DNA of 64,000 bases from Candidatus Poribacteria bacterium (GTDB lineage: Bacteria; Poribacteria; WGA-4E; GCA-2687025), in contig OY762492.1 in the NCBI GenBank assembly GCA_963665845.2, positions 3,040,001-3,104,000 on the forward strand, read 5' to 3'. Numbering within the stretch: position 1 is the stretch's first letter; each line of letters opens with the position of its first letter. Both the position numbers and the translations under genes were made by a program. Shown one piece after another: positions 58,516-64,000 of this stretch. The notes beneath the pieces are model-generated. The model had not been told where the DNA came from. It ran no database searches and saw only the letters and a program-made list of their open reading frames with translations.

Positions 58516-59232
58516 CTAAAACGCCCTTTTGCTGGCTCGCTCAATTTGCTTCGCTTTTTTGCGGTCTCTTCTGGCTTTTTTATGCTTGCCCTTGTCGGCA
58601 TACGCCAAGCCGCGCTTTTGATAGGCGGCGCCAAAGTTTGGATTCAGCTCAATCGCCCTGCCGTAGTTTTTGATGGCGGCGCCAAGACGTCCCTTTTTGA
58701 AATAAGCGTCTCCGCGGCTTTTATAGGCGGCGTCAAAGTATGGCTTCAGCTCAATCGCCCTGTCATAGTCTTTGAAGGCGGCGTCAAGATCGTCTTTCTC
58801 GGCGTGAGCGATGCCGCGGTTGAAATAGGCGTCGGCGTATCTTGAATCGAGTGAGATCGCTTTGTTGTAATCCGCGATGGCGTTGTCCCATTCGCCCATT
58901 TTGGCATAGACCAACCCGCGATGGTAACGCGCGCCGGCGTGATCCGGTCGAAGCGCGATGGCCTCGGTGATATGGTGAAGAGCTTTTTCGTAATATTTAT
59001 TCGGTTTCGCGGTCATTTACGCCATCTCCCCTTTTGAGGCTAGCAACGGATTTATAAAGTTTTGTGTAAAAATCTATGTGAATGTCCTGATTTAAAATAA
59101 ACCCATGAACGTCGTTGTAGATGGATTCCGTGGAGACGCCATGATAATCCTGCAGCCATACCCGTATCGGCTCTTTCAGCGCCTATCGATTTTTTCTTGA
59201 ATATCGTCTCGGTCGGTTTTTTGATCGTTCAT
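58516..59232 (-). pseudogene. Degraded FRG-tail/TPR protein gene; TPR ORF 58516-59016 intact
   Basis: Four TPRs; upstream shifted frame reads LKEPIRVWLQDYHGVSTESIYNDVHGFILNQDIH; orphan start MNDQKT at 59232 in another frame. Confidence 0.6.
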
Positions 59233-59308
59233 GATCGTTCGCTCTATGTTGCGTTTCTAACACGCAATAATTTACGGCGCCCGCCGGCGTACGTCAACCC
59301 TGTGAATG

Positions 59309-59483
59309 TTGACCTTACGTCACGTTTTTAGTTGGGATATTCCGCTTCGAGAACGCGGACGTCTTCTGCGGCGCCTCTAGATTCCCGCTTGCGCGGGAAT
59401 GACGATGAGTGGGCGCGGCGGCTTTTCCGCTGGTCATCGCGGTTCTTTCGTCATGATGTCTCAACTTTCAGCGTGAAGGCAAG
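59309..59483. repeat. Degenerate MITE-like element copy
   Basis: TTGACCTTACG..TTAGTTGGGATA ... TGTCTCAACTTT; internal hairpin; similar to the 36583 copy. Confidence 0.7.
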
Positions 59484-59492
59484 CGGCGCGCT

Positions 59493-59521
59493 TTGACAAG
59501 AGGCGCGCCGCGCGTTATACT
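59493..59521 (+). promoter_or_regulatory. sigma70-type promoter for bioU
   Basis: TTGACA-N17-TATACT. Confidence 0.75.
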
Positions 59522-59579
59522 CGTCAGGAAGCGTATTGTTTTAAAAAGGGCGGCGGCGAAACGAAGGGAGCGGGGCTGA

Positions 59580-60581
59580 ATGCAAACGGCGGGCATTTCA
59601 CCGATGAGAATAGCGGTACTGGGAGCGGGCGGACTCGGCTCGGCGGCGGCGCGGATGCTGTCGCAAAAACGCGAACTGCGGCTGGACGCCCTCGTCGACA
59701 GCCGAGGCTTCGCCTTCGACCCTGAAGGTCTGGACGCCGAGGCGGTTCTCCATGCCGCCGCCGAAAGAGGAGGAGTCGCCTTCGCCCCCAAGACCGGCGC
59801 CCCGTCGGACGACCCGATTGGAGAGATCATCCGGCGCGCGGAGGCGTTCGACGGCGTCTTTCTGGCGCTGCCGAATCTGCCGAACGAGTTTGTGCCGGGG
59901 GTCGCGGCGCGCTTCGCCGCCGGCGGATACCGCGGCGTCATGGTGGACGCGCTCAAACGAACCTCCGCGGCGGAGCGCGTCCTGAAACTGGACGAGCTGT
60001 TTAAGTCGTCCGAGATTGTCTATATCGTCGGTTGCGGCGCGACGCCCGGTCTCTTGACCGCCGCCGCAAACCTTGCCGCGCAATCGTTTGCGGAGGTGGA
60101 ATCGGTTCGCATCTGGTTCGGCGTCGGCATCCAAAACTGGGAGGCGTACCGCGCGACGATACGCGAAGACATCGCCCATATGCCTGGGTTTGACGTCGAG
60201 TCGGCGCGCCGACTCACCGACGAGGAGGTCGGCGAACTGCTAGACGAACGGGGCGGCAAACTGATCCTCGAAGAGATGGAGCATGCGGACGACGCGATAC
60301 TGGAAGCGGCGGGCGTCGTCTCGCGCGATTGCGTCAGCGTCGGGGGCGTTGTCGACACGCGCAGCGCTCAAAAACCTGTCAGCACAACCGTCACGGTCGC
60401 AGGCATAACCTTTGAGGGTCGGCGCAGCGCGCACACCTTCACCCTCGGCGACGAGACCTCCATGGCGGCGAACGTATGCGGTCCCGCCTTCGGGTATATG
60501 AAAGCGGGGCGGTGGCTGCATGAGATCGGGGCGTACGGCGCGTTCTCATCCGCGGCGGTCATGCCGCGCTTCGTCCGCTAA
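59580..60581 (+). CDS. bioU: BioU-family biotin biosynthesis dehydrogenase
   Basis: GAGGLG, LALPNLPN, DALKRTSA, GCGATPGLLT, GVGI.NWEAYRATIREDIAH, ETSMAANV. Confidence 0.85.
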   Translation: MQTAGISPMRIAVLGAGGLGSAAARMLSQKRELRLDALVDSRGFAFDPEGLDAEAVLHAAAERGGVAFAPKTGAPSDDPIGEIIRRAEAFDGVFLALPNLPNEFVPGVAARFAAGGYRGVMVDALKRTSAAERVLKLDELFKSSEIVYIVGCGATPGLLTAAANLAAQSFAEVESVRIWFGVGIQNWEAYRATIREDIAHMPGFDVESARRLTDEEVGELLDERGGKLILEEMEHADDAILEAAGVVSRDCVSVGGVVDTRSAQKPVSTTVTVAGITFEGRRSAHTFTLGDETSMAANVCGPAFGYMKAGRWLHEIGAYGAFSSAAVMPRFVR

Positions 60582-60598
60582 ACAGGCGCGGCGGACGC

Positions 60599-61237
60599 AT
60601 GATCGCGCATGAGCAGCTGGCGCTTTTTCAACGTCAATCGGACCAGTTTTGGCGGTTCACTCTAGAGCAGTTTGAGGCGAAGGGCGGAACGGTCGCCTGC
60701 AAGGCGGGCTGCGTTCACTGCTGCAAGGCGTATGCGCAGTGTTCGGACGCGGAGGCGGATCAGATCGCCGCGGCGATGCGCGCCGACCCCGACGGGCTTG
60801 GGCGTTATGAGGCGCGCATTGACGCCTATCTGCGCGAGCTGGCGGAGAAATGGCGCGCCGCCGGCGATCCTGTCCCCGACTTTGAAACGCGGGCGGAGAT
60901 GCATTTTGGGCTGAATATGCGCTGCCCGTTTTTGACAGCGGAGGATCGGTGCGCCGTTTATGAAATGCGCCCGCAGGCATGCCGAACGCACTGGGCGGCG
61001 GGAACGAACGAGCTTTGCAAACGCCCGGAGACCGTCTCAAAGGCGTTGAAAATCGCGCCGACGGAGGAATCGACCCGACGGTTCGTCGAGGCGCTGCGCC
61101 GAGAGGGGCGGGCTGAAGAGTTTGCCGCATACGACCGCATTCAGGAAGCGCTGTCCCAAGAAGGGTCGTTGACGCTGATCGCCGCCGCTGTCAAAAGGGC
61201 GCTGATGCAGCGTCCGGAGCGCGGAGAGCCTGCCTGA
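60599..61237 (+). CDS. YkgJ-family cysteine cluster protein
   Basis: CKAGCVHCC, CPFL...C.VY..RP..CR. Confidence 0.9.
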   Translation: MIAHEQLALFQRQSDQFWRFTLEQFEAKGGTVACKAGCVHCCKAYAQCSDAEADQIAAAMRADPDGLGRYEARIDAYLRELAEKWRAAGDPVPDFETRAEMHFGLNMRCPFLTAEDRCAVYEMRPQACRTHWAAGTNELCKRPETVSKALKIAPTEESTRRFVEALRREGRAEEFAAYDRIQEALSQEGSLTLIAAAVKRALMQRPERGEPA

Positions 61238-61246
61238 AAGAAAGCC

Positions 61247-62677
61247 GTGATGGAACGCGCCGCGCCGGTCGATTTCACCTATACAAAGCTGCTGAAGAGG
61301 GTGGCGCCCGCCGCGGTTGCAGTCGCCGCTTGTTTATCGCTGCTCTTGCTTGGGAACTGGACGAATCAGCATGAATGGGCGGTCGGATGGCTTCGCCGGC
61401 GGTATGAATATCTAGACCCGATCCCGTTCACGCTCTGGATGGGGCTGGAGCGGGGCGGCGTCGTCATCGCGCTGGGCATCGTTGCGATTGCCGCTCATCT
61501 CATCCGCCGGCAAACGCCTCAAAACGCCAAAGAGAATGGAAGCGCCCCTGAGAACGCGGGATGGTTCAAACGGCTGGAAAACGGCGTCGGAGACGCGATC
61601 GGCTCCGCGCTTTCCTGCAGAACGTTGGCGATGTTCACGGTTCAAGCGGCGGCTGTCGTTCTATTGAAGCTGCTCGGCGCCGGCCCCGGAACGCTGGCGG
61701 CTGCGCTGTTCTGCGTGAGCGGCTGTTTTTCTTACAGGGATGTTGGCGGCTCCCGATGGATGAGAACCTTGCAGGGCGCCGCCGGCGGCATCTACATCGG
61801 TTACGCCTTCGCGCATTGGAGCGCCTTTTCTTGGTTGAGCGCGTTGTGGGTAACGGCGGTTCTCTTCGCAGCGGCGCGTTTGGCGCTGCTCGCGCCGCTG
61901 ACAGCGGAAGCTGCCGCAAGACAGATAAAGGAATTTATCCAAGTCGCCGTGAAAAATTGGAAATGGCTGGCGGCGCTTGCCGGCGCGGCGGCGTTATGGA
62001 TCTGGATTGACGGCTCGCTGGAATGGACGGTCGGCTGGCTGGAACGGCGGTATGAAAAGCATGACCCGTGGCCGTTTTGTTGGCGCATTACGGCGGAAAC
62101 GTTTCTCGTCTCTTGCGTCCTATTGATTCTCGTTTACTCCTTTGAAAGCAAACTTGAGGCGTTTAAGAGGCGGATTGAGACGCTTTTCCTTGACCGAAAG
62201 GCGGCGGAAAAAGAGACGGACTTCGAAAAAGAGGAGGATTCAGATTCAGAAGAACCGCCTGAAAAATTGGATAATGAACAGCTCAAGAATCTAATGTTTG
62301 CCGCGGTATTTGTCGCTCCCGTCGGCGAGACGCTCGCGCTGCAGGCTCTCATCATCGCCCCGTTGAGCGCTCTCGGAGCCGACATCGGAACGCAGACGGT
62401 CGTTTCGGCGCTGCTGTTTACGCTGATGCACTGGAGAGAGTCGCCCGTCAAAGGAATCGCCGCGGGGCTGCCGGGCGGGGTCTATTTTGGGTTTACGTTT
62501 GCGTACTGGTATCCTCAATCGGTCTGGACAGCTCTATGGGTCACGGCGTTGTCGCACGCATTGGGAAACCTGTTGGTTCCCGTAGCGGCTTTACCCGTCG
62601 GCATGATTAACTGGTTGCGCGGAAAGCATAAAAAGAGCGCGGAAAACGACAACCGCGTTGAAACAAAAGAAGCATGA
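61247..62677 (+). CDS. CPBP (Abi/Rce1) intramembrane protease-like protein with internally duplicated architecture
   Basis: APVGET, LF..MH, SH..GN in C-terminal half; EW.VGWL.RRY...DP.PF occurs twice. Confidence 0.75.
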   Translation: MMERAAPVDFTYTKLLKRVAPAAVAVAACLSLLLLGNWTNQHEWAVGWLRRRYEYLDPIPFTLWMGLERGGVVIALGIVAIAAHLIRRQTPQNAKENGSAPENAGWFKRLENGVGDAIGSALSCRTLAMFTVQAAAVVLLKLLGAGPGTLAAALFCVSGCFSYRDVGGSRWMRTLQGAAGGIYIGYAFAHWSAFSWLSALWVTAVLFAAARLALLAPLTAEAAARQIKEFIQVAVKNWKWLAALAGAAALWIWIDGSLEWTVGWLERRYEKHDPWPFCWRITAETFLVSCVLLILVYSFESKLEAFKRRIETLFLDRKAAEKETDFEKEEDSDSEEPPEKLDNEQLKNLMFAAVFVAPVGETLALQALIIAPLSALGADIGTQTVVSALLFTLMHWRESPVKGIAAGLPGGVYFGFTFAYWYPQSVWTALWVTALSHALGNLLVPVAALPVGMINWLRGKHKKSAENDNRVETKEA

Positions 62678-64000
62678 TGGAACGCGCCGCGCCGGTCGAT
62701 TTCACCTATACGAAGCTGCTGAAAAGGCTGGCGCCTGTGGCGGTTGCAGTCGCCGCTTGTTTATCGCTGCTCTTGCTTGGGAGCTGGACAAATCAGCATG
62801 AATGGGCGGTCGGCTGGCTTCGCCGGCGGTATGACGGGCTTGAACCGCTCCCGTTCACGTTTTGGGTAGGGCTGGAGCGCGGAGGCGTCCTGATTGCGTT
62901 GAGCGTCCTTGCCGCGCTCATTCGATTCATCCGCCAAATGGCGTCTTCAACCGAGCGGGAGAATGAAGAAACCGATTCGCCGATGGAACAGAAGCTGTTA
63001 CAAAGGTTCATGGTCTGTTTCGCTTCGTTCTTTTCTATCAACTCTCCCTTGATCTATGCGCTTCAGGTCCCCGCGCTCCTGCTGTTGAAGCTGCTGGGGG
63101 CGGGCGCCGGGACGCTGGCGGCGGCGTCGGTCTGCGTGTGCGCAGCGTTCGCTTACCAGAAAAAAGACTGCTCGCGTTGGTTGAGAACCCTGCAGGGCGC
63201 CGTCGGCGGCGTTTATACAGGCTTCGCCTTTGCGCATTGGTTTGCGTCCTCTTGGCGGACGGCGCTGTGGACGACCGCGGCTCTCTACGCCGTCTCGCTT
63301 CTGACGCTTTTTGCGCTTTACACATTGACAGCGGCGGCGCTTCAGATACGAGAGCTTTCCATGGCGGCGCTGGAACATTGGAAATGGACGGCGGGGGTCG
63401 CTGCCGCAACAGCGTTATGGCTCTGGCTCGGCGGCTCGCTTGAATGGACGGTCGGCTGGATTGAGTATAGATATATGGATCGCTCGGCATGGTCGTTCTG
63501 CTGGCGCGTTGCTGTGGAAAGGGTCGCCGTTACGCTCCTGCTCATTATTGCCATTCATCCTTTTAAAAAAAGGCTTGAGGCGCTTCTCCCTGACGCAAAA
63601 AAGAAAAAGAAGAAGTCCGATTCTAAAATGACGCCTGAAGAGACGGCGTCTGCCTTTGAATTGATATGCCACAGCGCCTTCAAGATTGTAGCTGTCGCTC
63701 CCGTCGGCGAGACGATCGCGCTGCAGGCTCTCATCATCGCGCCGTTGAGCGCTCTCGGCGCCGACATCGGAACGCAGACGATCGTTTCGGCGCTTCTGTT
63801 TGCGCTGGCGCATTGGAGAACATCGCCCGTCCAAGCGATCATCGCGGGGCTGCCGTGCGGGGTCTATTTCGGGTTTATGTTCGCGTTCTGGTATCCTCAG
63901 TCAATCTGGACAGCTCTATGGGTTACGGCGCTGTCGCACGCATTGACCAACCTGTTGTCGATCTTCTCAACAGCGCCCATCATCCTCTTCAAGATGCGGA
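62674..64000 (+). CDS. Tandem paralog of the CPBP-like protein, 3'-truncated by window edge (absent from ORF track)
   Basis: ATGA overlap; begins MMERAAPVDFTYTKLLKR; APVGET and SHAL.N present. Confidence 0.78.
   Translation, partial: MMERAAPVDFTYTKLLKRLAPVAVAVAACLSLLLLGSWTNQHEWAVGWLRRRYDGLEPLPFTFWVGLERGGVLIALSVLAALIRFIRQMASSTERENEETDSPMEQKLLQRFMVCFASFFSINSPLIYALQVPALLLLKLLGAGAGTLAAASVCVCAAFAYQKKDCSRWLRTLQGAVGGVYTGFAFAHWFASSWRTALWTTAALYAVSLLTLFALYTLTAAALQIRELSMAALEHWKWTAGVAAATALWLWLGGSLEWTVGWIEYRYMDRSAWSFCWRVAVERVAVTLLLIIAIHPFKKRLEALLPDAKKKKKKSDSKMTPEETASAFELICHSAFKIVAVAPVGETIALQALIIAPLSALGADIGTQTIVSALLFALAHWRTSPVQAIIAGLPCGVYFGFMFAFWYPQSIWTALWVTALSHALTNLLSIFSTAPIILFKMR

Overview
GC-rich bacterial chromosome segment, most likely from a Candidatus Poribacteria-like organism (inferred from tandem WD40 proteins, TPR/FRG remnants and a recurrent C-terminal VDPxxKxxxxWxxLK motif; not verified). 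Housekeeping blocks: rpiB-glpK, pyrB with a PyrI-like Zn tail, sufBCDSUT, tRNA-Arg(UCG)-kamA-folB-lipid kinase, a sigma54 two-component pair, pheA-hisC-tyrA-aroA-cmk-recX, guaB and bioU. Accessory content: an IS1595-family element; an IS110-family element inserted into a REP/MITE-like repeat, whose left end encodes a readable bridge RNA (target and donor guides match the flanks and element ends, and the circle junction forms a TTGACT-N17-TATGAT promoter); a low-GC restriction-modification island with a HEPN-motif gene between the R-M and S genes; seven secreted proteins from two unrelated families sharing one C-terminal motif; a 1945-aa multi-repeat surface protein; a radical SAM protein with a CX17CX2C motif; and a dense population of three interlocking intergenic repeat families. 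All calls are from reading the sequence; no database searches were run.
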